Positions 9,978 through 17,966 of a DNA stretch of 64,000 nt are shown piece by piece. Made by a program: the position numbers and the translations under genes. The notes below the pieces were generated by a model that had not been told where the DNA came from, searched no databases, and saw only the letters and a program-made list of their open reading frames with translations. How positions within the stretch are numbered: position 1 is the first letter of the stretch; each line of letters begins with the position of its first letter. The DNA is taken from assembly GCA_963422395.1 (NCBI GenBank), contig OY729431.1, forward strand, positions 1,312,001-1,376,000, in the 5' to 3' direction. This DNA is from Vicinamibacteria bacterium. GTDB lineage: Bacteria; Acidobacteriota; Vicinamibacteria; Marinacidobacterales; Marinacidobacteraceae.

Positions 9978-12900
9978 CTAGAAGCGGAAGGTTCCCCGGA
10001 GCGTCATCGTGCGGGCGTTTTGCCGACTCCGCAGCTGGAGAAAGTTCGGGCTGAAGGTTCGGTTCGCTGCGTTGTAGGTGAACTGGTTGTGATTGTGAGA
10101 ATCGAGCAAGTTGAAGAAGTTCGCCGAGATCTCGAAAGTTCCCCCGGTCGGCAGCTCGATGACCTTGCCGAGCTTGAGACCTACGGTCTGCACCGCGGGG
10201 GCCTGCACCTGGAGTTCGCTGCGGTTCGGTCCCACGATGCGGTATACGGTGGCGAGTGGGTTGCTCTGCGCCTGAGTGAGCTCGAAGTCGGAAGTTCGAG
10301 CCGGGCCGTACTGGGTGACTTGGGGATCGTCTGCACTCAGGCGTCCGATCGGGGGGCCCGACCACGGTCCGGCGTTGTTCGTGTAGCTGAGCGCCATGGT
10401 GAATTCGTATGGCAGAACATAGGTCAGACCGCCTCGGATCGAGTACTGGCGCCAAGTGGGTGCGTAGGAGAGCGCGCTGCTGTTGCGAAGCGTATTGTGC
10501 TCATTGTTCCCGCGCGGCATGTAGAGCGCCTTCCAACTCTCGAATTTCTCGGGGGAGATGAACTTGGCGGGATCGTAGGGATTCCAGTCGCCGTCATAGT
10601 GCTGCCACTGACGGTTGATGTTCAGCATCGCCTGCATGCTGCCGGTGCGCTTGGTCATGGTGACCTCGAGGGCGTTGTAGATCATCTTGTTCCAGCTGTT
10701 GTTCGTCTGCTGGAGGAAAACGCCCTGCTCGTTACTCACTCTGCCGAAGCCGACGAAGGGCTGCCCCGGGCCGTCCGGGTAGTAACCGTTGACATCGAGA
10801 AGAGCGTAGTTCTTGGTGAGCCGCCGGTGTACCCACGCGACATCCATGGCGAACTGCCCCGGGAACTGACGGCGCACGCCTCCGATGAACTCGTCCACGA
10901 ACGGCTGTTCCAGATCGGGATCGAAACGAGTCTGCGCCGGAATGCGATCCGACGGTGCGTCGTAACGGGTGTAGTCGGCGATGCCGTCGCCGTCGATGTC
11001 CCATTCGTTCAGGTCGCCGTTCGAGGCGCCGCCGCCGTAGCTGGTCACATTGTCGCGGCCATTCATCTGCTCGTGAACGCGCCCGGCGTTGCCCCGAAGG
11101 ACCGTCCGTCCGTCTTCGGTGAGCAGGTAGGCGAACCCGAAGCGCGGACCGATCGCTGCGGTGGACATGCGGTCGAACCCTTCGAGGGCGTCATGCCGTT
11201 TCACGAAGTCGGCGCGAATGCCGATGTTCAGAGTGAGGCGGTCGATCGGCTTCCACGAGTCCTGCAGATAGAAGGCGTAATCCCGGTCCTTGGCATCACG
11301 GGTCAGCAGTTCCGCAATGTCGTAACGCTGCCGAGAGAACCAGCGCGTGCCCAGCGACGGGTTGTTCACATCCAGCGGGACATGGCTTTCCGAATGCCAG
11401 CCGTCGGACTGGCTCGGCCGGGTGGTCGTGCTGGGATAGCGGCTGTCGGGGACGATGTAAGCGCCGAACTGAAACTCGTGCGAGCCCGCGAGGTCTTCCA
11501 CATAATGGGTCATGTCGCTCCTGAAAAGCAGCAACTGGGCTGGCCTCTCGGTGCCGGAGCCGGTGCCGAGCGCGGCCTGGCGCCCGGTGCCGCTCAAGGT
11601 CGAGCCGTTGTCGGTGAATCCGTCGTGGATCTCGATATACAGCGGCAGGGTTTCGAACTGCGGCTGGATCGATAGCGGCACGAAAGAGGCCTTGTCGTTG
11701 TAACTGAGAGTGAACTGCCCGGTGGTGTTCGTGCCGAAGACCGAGGTCAGTTTGCCTCCGTACAGATTCCCTCCAGTCTGCACAGTGATGCGCGGCGCCA
11801 GGTCGTATTCCCGGTTCGAGGTGTTTTCCAGAGTGTCGCGTTGGTAGTACGCCGAGATTTCGTGATTCTGGTTCAACTGCATGGTCAGCTTCGCGTACGG
11901 CTGATGACTCTGGGTGGTGTTCGGGAAAGCCTCGTAAACCGGCGTCGTACCCCGGTTTCCGAGTGGAATCCCGGAATAGCGCTGCAGCTCCGCCACATCC
12001 TGGGCGTTACGGCTGATCCGAGCGGCCAGGTCCGCGTAGCGGTAGGAAGCGAAGAACCACGCCTTGTCCTGCGCGATCGGTCCTCCAAAGGTGAGATCGA
12101 GCTGGTTCACCTTGTGGGCGGTGGGGGTGCCGGCGCCGGTAGACGGGTTGTCCGGCGGGTTGTACCAGCCGAGACTCGCGAAGTTCGACTTCTCTGACGA
12201 AAAGGGATCGAATCCGCTAGGCAGCGCGTTGTTGCCGAAAAAGCTGTCATCCCCTTCGGCGATCTCCTCGGGCCCCCACGACTGCCAGTCGTAGTTGGCC
12301 GAACCGCTGAAGTCGTTTCCACCGGACTTGGTGACCACATTGATGATGATGCCGGTTCCCATCGGGTCCTTGGCCTCGGCCCCGCCGGTCTTGACGCTGA
12401 TGTCGCCGACGATGTCCATACCCATCCCGACATAGGTCACCTGGGCATCCGTGTAGCCGGCCGCGGCCATGCCCTCGATCTGGATCACATGAGCGAAGTG
12501 TTCGGTGCCATGGCCGAAATAGACCATCCGGCCGGAGCCGTCATCGAACGGGCGGGCATTGACTCCCGGAGTCATCTCGAGGAAGTCGCTCCAGTTCCCG
12601 CGGGCCTGGATCGGGACATCGCGCTGGAAGTCGCCCTCGACATTGAGGATGTTGTTCGGACGGGAGATCTCGAGCATCGGAGTCTCCGCGGTGACCGTGA
12701 CCGTCTCCTGGACGGTGCTGATGGTCATCGTGACATCCACACCGAAGTTGGCGCCGGCGCGGAGGATGATCCCCTCCTGCCGGTAGGTGGCGAACCCGGA
12801 GAGGGCTGCTTCGAGCACATAGTCGCCTGGCGGCAGGTTCACGAGTCGGTAGTTGCCCGAGCCGTCCGAAACGGCGACGGCCGGGCTGATGAGCGCCGGG

Positions 12901-13049
12901 CTCATCGCCGTTACTGTGACGCCGGGAAGCACCGACCCGGACTCATCGATGACCGAGCCCCTAAGGCTCGAGTCACCGCCCTGTCCGAATGCGGTTCCCG
13001 AAAGCGCCAAGACTGCGATCAGAAGCAGCCCGATTCTTGGCTTTCGCAT
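9978..13049 (-). CDS. TonB-dependent receptor, Oar-type, with N-terminal carboxypeptidase-regulatory-like domain
   Basis: Signal peptide; G.V.DESG..LPGVTVT; plug motif IINVVTKSGGNDFSGS; YLQDSW..LTLNIGIR; C-terminal FRF; AAGGAGG RBS before ATG 13049. Confidence 0.93.
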   Translation of the reverse strand: MRKPRIGLLLIAVLALSGTAFGQGGDSSLRGSVIDESGSVLPGVTVTAMSPALISPAVAVSDGSGNYRLVNLPPGDYVLEAALSGFATYRQEGIILRAGANFGVDVTMTISTVQETVTVTAETPMLEISRPNNILNVEGDFQRDVPIQARGNWSDFLEMTPGVNARPFDDGSGRMVYFGHGTEHFAHVIQIEGMAAAGYTDAQVTYVGMGMDIVGDISVKTGGAEAKDPMGTGIIINVVTKSGGNDFSGSANYDWQSWGPEEIAEGDDSFFGNNALPSGFDPFSSEKSNFASLGWYNPPDNPSTGAGTPTAHKVNQLDLTFGGPIAQDKAWFFASYRYADLAARISRNAQDVAELQRYSGIPLGNRGTTPVYEAFPNTTQSHQPYAKLTMQLNQNHEISAYYQRDTLENTSNREYDLAPRITVQTGGNLYGGKLTSVFGTNTTGQFTLSYNDKASFVPLSIQPQFETLPLYIEIHDGFTDNGSTLSGTGRQAALGTGSGTERPAQLLLFRSDMTHYVEDLAGSHEFQFGAYIVPDSRYPSTTTRPSQSDGWHSESHVPLDVNNPSLGTRWFSRQRYDIAELLTRDAKDRDYAFYLQDSWKPIDRLTLNIGIRADFVKRHDALEGFDRMSTAAIGPRFGFAYLLTEDGRTVLRGNAGRVHEQMNGRDNVTSYGGGASNGDLNEWDIDGDGIADYTRYDAPSDRIPAQTRFDPDLEQPFVDEFIGGVRRQFPGQFAMDVAWVHRRLTKNYALLDVNGYYPDGPGQPFVGFGRVSNEQGVFLQQTNNSWNKMIYNALEVTMTKRTGSMQAMLNINRQWQHYDGDWNPYDPAKFISPEKFESWKALYMPRGNNEHNTLRNSSALSYAPTWRQYSIRGGLTYVLPYEFTMALSYTNNAGPWSGPPIGRLSADDPQVTQYGPARTSDFELTQAQSNPLATVYRIVGPNRSELQVQAPAVQTVGLKLGKVIELPTGGTFEISANFFNLLDSHNHNQFTYNAANRTFSPNFLQLRSRQNARTMTLRGTFRF

Positions 13050-13137
13050 GGTCCCTCCTTGTTGGGGTTCGCGATGATAGGAGCATGACTTCAGATCGGT
13101 GGACCCGATCGGAAGCAGCAGTTGAGTGAAGAAAACG

Positions 13138-13152
13138 GCAATAATCATGCCA
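13138..13152 (-). promoter_or_regulatory. sigma-54 (-24/-12) promoter of the TonB receptor gene
   Basis: Minus strand reads TGGCATGATTATTGC (GG-N10-GC, close to consensus TGGCACG-N4-TTGC), about 90 nt upstream of the ATG. Confidence 0.75.
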
Positions 13153-13199
13153 CAGATTGCGCGGAGTGTCCATCAGTCCATTTTCCCTGTCTTGTCTTT

Positions 13200-13216
13200 A
13201 TGCGACTGGGTCGCAT
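13200..13216. promoter_or_regulatory. candidate enhancer-binding-protein site (palindrome)
   Basis: ATGCGAC-TGG-GTCGCAT perfect inverted repeat about 50 bp upstream of the sigma-54 -24 element. Confidence 0.4.
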
Positions 13217-13298
13217 CGAGGAAATCGGACATACGGTCTCCGGGAATTTTCGGCTCTCCTCTCCAAAGATCCGAATCGTCTTCGGCACGCCGTCAGCG

Positions 13299-15449
13299 TT
13301 AGCGGCTCGGCGGACGCAAAGCGGCGCGCAGGCTGGCGATCAGCTCCCTGACCTGCTCTTGTCCCTCGTCGAGTTCGAGGGAACTCTCGAGATGGGCGAT
13401 GGCCCGTTCGTTTTCCCCGAGCCGCACGAGCGCGAGTCCGAGGGCGTTCAGCAGTGCGGCGTCCGGTAATTCGAGCGACAGCGTTCGTTCGTAGAGTTGT
13501 ACGGCGCGGGTGGGGTTGCCGGATTCCGAGTGGGCGTCTCCGAGGAGACGGAGGATCACGACGCTCTCCGGCTGCTGGGCGAGCGCGGGTTCGAGGAGGC
13601 GTACCGCAGTGCGCGGCTCGCCGTCGTCGAGCGCGATACGCCCGAGAGCGATCCGGGGGCCGATCAGGTTGGGGTTCTGCTCGACTGCGTCTTCGAAAAG
13701 CGGACGCGCTCGCCCGAACTCCTTGAGGTTCAGCCACTGCTGGGCAAGGGTTGCCTCCACGGCGCCCGGTGACTCTGCGTCGAAGGTGTCCCTGAACGCC
13801 CATGGAAGGGCAACGCTGCGGCGGGGTATGGCGTCGAATCCGCTGACCGACCATGGGGCTCCGGCGCTGTCCATGGCCACGACTTCATAACTTCCGTTGG
13901 GAAGTCCGGCGAGGGGGAGGGAGACCGGCAGGCAATCGAAACCGCTTCCCGATTCGGAGTGGGAAATCCGTTGTCGGGCAGCCGCGAGGGCGGCCATCGC
14001 GTCGGGTATCCCGTCGAGATCGCCTTGTCCCGGAGCGTGGGCTGCGGGGCGTACCGCCACTTCGAGATCGGTCGCGTTTCGCACCGGCACGCAGAGATGC
14101 AGCGTGCCCCCGGCCGGAACTACAGGCGCTGCCTGTGGGTTGAGCCTCATTCCGGCAGGCGCCCATGTCCCATAGCCGATTTCGTTCTCCTGGCGTTCGG
14201 CCGGTTCGTGGAGGAGTACCGCCGCGCCGATCCAGGGGTCCTCTCCCTGCGCCGGGACCGAAACCGTCGACTCGAAGATCGTGTATTCGGACCGGGCGTC
14301 GTTCTTGACGATGAGTCGGAAACTCCACTCTCCTTCGATGAGCGGGAACATTCCACGGTACGCGAACGGGCGCGCCCCCACTTCGCGCAACTCGGACTGG
14401 GTCAGCGTCAGGTAAGGCGACGCCCCGAACTGGTGGATCATCTCCCCCTCGGCACCGGTCACCTCGCCCCGCACCTCGAATCGAGTGAAGTAAGTGGTCC
14501 CGCCCTCTTCACGGGCGAGGGTCATGTTCTCGGGAGCGATCTGCACCATGTAGTGGAGGAAGGCGGATCCGCGCGGGCCCGGCAAGATGCGGGCGACGCC
14601 AGAGCTGGGCACCGAGTTGAAGAGGTAGTCGGTCTCGATCATCCCGCGATTCGCCTCGGCGGCCGAGACCCAGGAAGAGTCCAGGCGCCGGTACGGGGCG
14701 CGTTCGATGTCGAACAAGACTGTCTGTGTCTCTAGGTTCGCCACATCGGGTAGCGCGAGCCCGAAGGTGACGCCCTGGTCGGCGCGCATGTTGATCGTGG
14801 CGTGAGCGAGTTGGGGGGACATCTCCTGCAAGAATTCGTAGGCCGCCCGCCGGGAGTTTTCCATGTCGAGTGCCTGCGCTGGCATGAGGTCCTCCGGAGT
14901 GTCGAGGAGATGGTTGAACAGGCGGTAGGGGCCGGCGTTGTTGTCGCGGAAGAAGAGCAGATAGATCGGAGGGAGGAACATTTCCTTCCGCTGCAGGTAG
15001 AACCACAGTTCCGAGGCGTAGAGGCCGGGGATCGCCTGGAAGGTCTCCCGGTCGTCGGGTTCTCCGAGCTTGATGTAGATACGGCCTCGGTCGGTCATCC
15101 AGCCGGGCACCGGCGACTCCCCGCCGAGTCGGAGGTTCGCGTACTCGATCCGCCGGTAGTGCTCGGTGAGAAACTCGTTTTCCGGCGTCAGCGGCTCCGG
15201 ATCGCGGCGTTGCCAGAAGGCGGCGATGAAGGCCTCGCGTTCGGCTTCCGACTGGAGGTTCTCGAGCGCGTCTTTCTCGCGGTCGCTGATGATGTAGAGG
15301 ACTTCCTCTTCGAGCCACTTCCGATGCTCGTCGGAAAGGGGCAGAGGGTCCTGAGCGGCAGCGTGAGCCGTCCCGGCAAGGAGAACGGCCAGCAAAGCGG
15401 CCGAGCGGGTGGCGATGCGGGCGGTATTCCGTGCGGATTCGTGTCTCAT
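13299..15449 (-). CDS. GWxTD domain-containing protein with C-terminal TPRs
   Basis: KWLEEEVLYII, FWQRRDP.P.TPENEF..EHYRRI.YAN, GWMTDRGRIYIKLGEPD; C-terminal TPR helices; signal peptide. Confidence 0.92.
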   Translation of the reverse strand: MRHESARNTARIATRSAALLAVLLAGTAHAAAQDPLPLSDEHRKWLEEEVLYIISDREKDALENLQSEAEREAFIAAFWQRRDPEPLTPENEFLTEHYRRIEYANLRLGGESPVPGWMTDRGRIYIKLGEPDDRETFQAIPGLYASELWFYLQRKEMFLPPIYLLFFRDNNAGPYRLFNHLLDTPEDLMPAQALDMENSRRAAYEFLQEMSPQLAHATINMRADQGVTFGLALPDVANLETQTVLFDIERAPYRRLDSSWVSAAEANRGMIETDYLFNSVPSSGVARILPGPRGSAFLHYMVQIAPENMTLAREEGGTTYFTRFEVRGEVTGAEGEMIHQFGASPYLTLTQSELREVGARPFAYRGMFPLIEGEWSFRLIVKNDARSEYTIFESTVSVPAQGEDPWIGAAVLLHEPAERQENEIGYGTWAPAGMRLNPQAAPVVPAGGTLHLCVPVRNATDLEVAVRPAAHAPGQGDLDGIPDAMAALAAARQRISHSESGSGFDCLPVSLPLAGLPNGSYEVVAMDSAGAPWSVSGFDAIPRRSVALPWAFRDTFDAESPGAVEATLAQQWLNLKEFGRARPLFEDAVEQNPNLIGPRIALGRIALDDGEPRTAVRLLEPALAQQPESVVILRLLGDAHSESGNPTRAVQLYERTLSLELPDAALLNALGLALVRLGENERAIAHLESSLELDEGQEQVRELIASLRAALRPPSR

Positions 15450-15622
15450 GGTCCCGCGCCGGTGTCGAGCATCCGGGGGGGGCCGCCGAGGCCGGGAGAT
15501 GTTTTGCGTTTCGGGGCAGTCGAGATCATCGGTTGGCCCGGCATTCTGCCCTGAAACGGGGGGCGGTACCGCAGCGTTCCGGGCGATGCCTCGGTGCGGG
15601 GGGCGGTTCGGCGGCTGCCGCA

Positions 15623-16396
15623 TCAGCCGGCTCCAGCAGGTCTGTCGGCAGACCGGGACGCCGCGGCGAGCTCTTTCCGCAGGGCGGCGGCGGCGGCCGC
15701 CACCGCTTCGGGGGTGTCGCCATCGAGGGTGATTCGGGTGCCGTTCGCTCCTGGGTAGGAGCCGATCTGCACTTCCGGGTGCGCGGCGACGAGCCGGTCG
15801 AGCAGCGGGATGAGTTCCTCCTCGGGACGGGGAATCTGTTCTTCGTCGGTGCTGTACGCCTCTCCGGCGGGGAGGCATTCGGAGACCACCTGGAGTTTTC
15901 GTTCGAAGACCGGCGGCAGGCCGGGCAGGATCCAGACATTCCGCATCACCACCACCGGCCAGCTGCCGCCGCTCCCTTCGCGCAGTTCCGCGCCCTCGGG
16001 TACCCGAGCAAGGTCGCGGTGGGCCTCTTCCACCCCGCGTTCTCGGAGCTTTGCCAGGAAATGGGGGTGATGGACCACTCGGGTCTCGAAAGCGCGGGCC
16101 ACGCCCTCCATCGTCACATCGTCGTGGGTAGCGCCGACGCCGCCGGAAGTGAACACCAGGTCGTACTCCTCGGCGAGGGTGGATAGCTCGCCCCCGATGG
16201 CCTCCGGCTCGTCCGGAATCGTCACCACCCGCTGTAGCGCCACCCCCTTTTCCCGAAGAACCCGGGCGAGGAGCCGGGTGTTCGTGTCGGCGACTTTCCC
16301 GGCGAGGATTTCGTTCCCGATGACCACGAAGGCAGCCGTGCGGCGGCGGAATTCCGGGCGTTCCGCCGCCGGCGGGCGGTTCAGGGCTCCGCTCAG
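15623..16396 (-). CDS. CinA-like / molybdopterin-binding-domain protein (start codon uncertain)
   Basis: IGNEILAGKVADTN, FTSGGVGATHDDVT, ILPGLP, IGSYP motifs. Confidence 0.82.
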   Translation of the reverse strand: MSGALNRPPAAERPEFRRRTAAFVVIGNEILAGKVADTNTRLLARVLREKGVALQRVVTIPDEPEAIGGELSTLAEEYDLVFTSGGVGATHDDVTMEGVARAFETRVVHHPHFLAKLRERGVEEAHRDLARVPEGAELREGSGGSWPVVVMRNVWILPGLPPVFERKLQVVSECLPAGEAYSTDEEQIPRPEEELIPLLDRLVAAHPEVQIGSYPGANGTRITLDGDTPEAVAAAAAALRKELAAASRSADRPAGAG

Positions 16397-17208
16397 GGCT
16401 CGCTCACCAGATAGGCGATCCAGGTCTCGTCCGCCGATCCTTCGGCTACTTCCTCGAACTCGCCGTTTCCATCGCCGTTTTCGTCGGCGCCCTCCCAGAG
16501 GACGGCGGTTTTCGTGAACCCGGCTTCGACCAGCAACTCGCGCAGCTCGGGGAGCGACCAGAACCGCCACTGATACCGGAATGCGTTCCGCAGCCGGCTG
16601 CCGTCGGGGAATTCGTAGTGGATGGCGCAGCGCATCCGGCCGCTGATCGGATCGAAAGCGACCTGGTCCCAGATGAAGTCGAAGCCGTCCTCCTCCCGAG
16701 CGTACTCCTTCTCCTCGTGACAATCGGACCCGCCGTAGGCATCGATGAAGAACAATCCATCGGGGTTCAGCGCCCGATGGACCCGCTCGAAGTAGGTCCG
16801 CATTCGGTCGCGGGTCTCGAAGATCCAGTAGCTGAAGTTCATCGCCGCCACCAGGTCCACGGGCGGCCCCGAGCAGTCGAGCACATCGCTCTCGACGAGT
16901 TCGATGCGCTTCTGCTCGGCGCGGCCTAGCGGTGCGATGTTGTGTTCGCGGCCCCAGACGAGCGGATCGGGGTCGAGGTCCACCCCGACGGCGCGGCTTT
17001 CCGGGCGTCTGGCCACGAATTCAGAGGAGAGTGCAGCAGTGCCGCAGAAGTCCTCCCGGAGAGTCAACGCCCGCCGCTTGCGCCGGCGGTGGAATTCGTC
17101 GTCGAGGAAAGCGGCGTCCGCGGGAGCGTCCTGGACCGAGTTCTGGTACAGCTGGTAACGGTCCGCCTGGCTGGCCATCGAGAGCCGCTTGCTCCTGCCA
17201 CGGCTCAT
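16393..17208 (-). CDS. class I SAM-dependent methyltransferase
   Basis: LYQNSVQ, motif I LREDFCGTA, GVDLD, AMNFSY, LNPDGLFFID. Confidence 0.85.
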   Translation of the reverse strand: MSRGRSKRLSMASQADRYQLYQNSVQDAPADAAFLDDEFHRRRKRRALTLREDFCGTAALSSEFVARRPESRAVGVDLDPDPLVWGREHNIAPLGRAEQKRIELVESDVLDCSGPPVDLVAAMNFSYWIFETRDRMRTYFERVHRALNPDGLFFIDAYGGSDCHEEKEYAREEDGFDFIWDQVAFDPISGRMRCAIHYEFPDGSRLRNAFRYQWRFWSLPELRELLVEAGFTKTAVLWEGADENGDGNGEFEEVAEGSADETWIAYLVSEP

Positions 17209-17272
17209 GCCGCGTCGCCGCTCCCGATCCAGATTGCGCCGATCGGTGTCACGGCGCCCTCGCGGGGTTCCC

Positions 17273-17671
17273 TCAGTGGAGCGTGACCGGCGGGCTCAGC
17301 GTGAACTGGGCGATCTCCACCTCGAAGCGCTCGCCGCCGGGGACCTCCATGAGGTAGGAGCCGCGCATCGAGCCGAAGGGCGCGCGCAGCGGGCACCATG
17401 AGGTGTACCGAAACGACTCGCCGGGGACCAGGTAGGGGCGCGAGCCCACGACCCCCCTGCCGCGGACTTCTTCGACCTGGCTTTCGCCGTGTTCGATGAT
17501 CCAGTGGCGGCTCAGCAGCCGGACCAGATCCTTCGACTCGTTCGTGATGGCGATCTCGTACTGAAACAGCCAGGCAGGGGGCGGTTCCCGCCGCTCGTCG
17601 GCGAAACGCGCCTCGACATCCACCCGGATTCCATGAGTCTTCGCGGAAGAGGTGAAGGTGTCCTGACGCAC
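17273..17671 (-). CDS. apaG: ApaG protein
   Basis: FQYEIAITN, LLSRHWII, EVRGRGVVG.P, F.YTSWCPL..PFGSMRGSY. Start either GTG 17671 (7 nt after TGcTACGAT) or ATG 17680. Confidence 0.93.
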   Translation of the reverse strand: MRQDTFTSSAKTHGIRVDVEARFADERREPPPAWLFQYEIAITNESKDLVRLLSRHWIIEHGESQVEEVRGRGVVGSRPYLVPGESFRYTSWCPLRAPFGSMRGSYLMEVPGGERFEVEIAQFTLSPPVTLH

Positions 17672-17692
17672 GGATTCCATCGTAGCACGGTG

Positions 17693-17870
17693 TCGGGCTG
17701 AGCGGTCCGGGGGCGGGGCGGGTGTCGTGCCGCGTCTCGTGTCCTGATGGGAGGGGAGGGATGCCCCGCTTCCGAGCCGCAGCCTCGGGCGCAACAGGTG
17801 TTTTTTCAGGCCCCGGCCAGAGTTCGAGGCGATCGGGAGGCGGCGAGTGCGATTCCGAGTCACCGTTGGG
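17693..17870 (+). repeat. degenerate, rearranged copy of the 24-kb hairpin repeat family
   Basis: Shares TCGGGCTGAGCGGTCCGGG.GCGGGGCG, GGGA(T/C)GCCCCGCT.CCGA.CCGC, CGCAACAGGTGTTTTTTC and AGTGCGATTC..AGTCACCGTT with 23998-24470. Confidence 0.75.
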
Positions 17871-17873
17871 GAG

Positions 17874-17895
17874 TTAGCAGCCTGTGGATGAAGTC
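17874..17895. mobile_element. isolated MITE/IS1182-type terminal repeat
   Basis: TTAG|CAGCCTGTGGATGAAGTC, nearly identical to the IS end CAGCCTGTGGAAAAAGTC and to the reverse complement of the 30641 end. Confidence 0.65.
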
Positions 17896-17966
17896 ATGTG
17901 GTCTTCGCTCTGGAACCGCAATCCCGCGGCACGCCGTTCCTCGTCGGATTCGGTAGGGTTTGCGGC

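Noticed and set aside
9846-11675. 609-aa plus-strand ORF
   Set aside because: Antisense to the well-supported TonB receptor.
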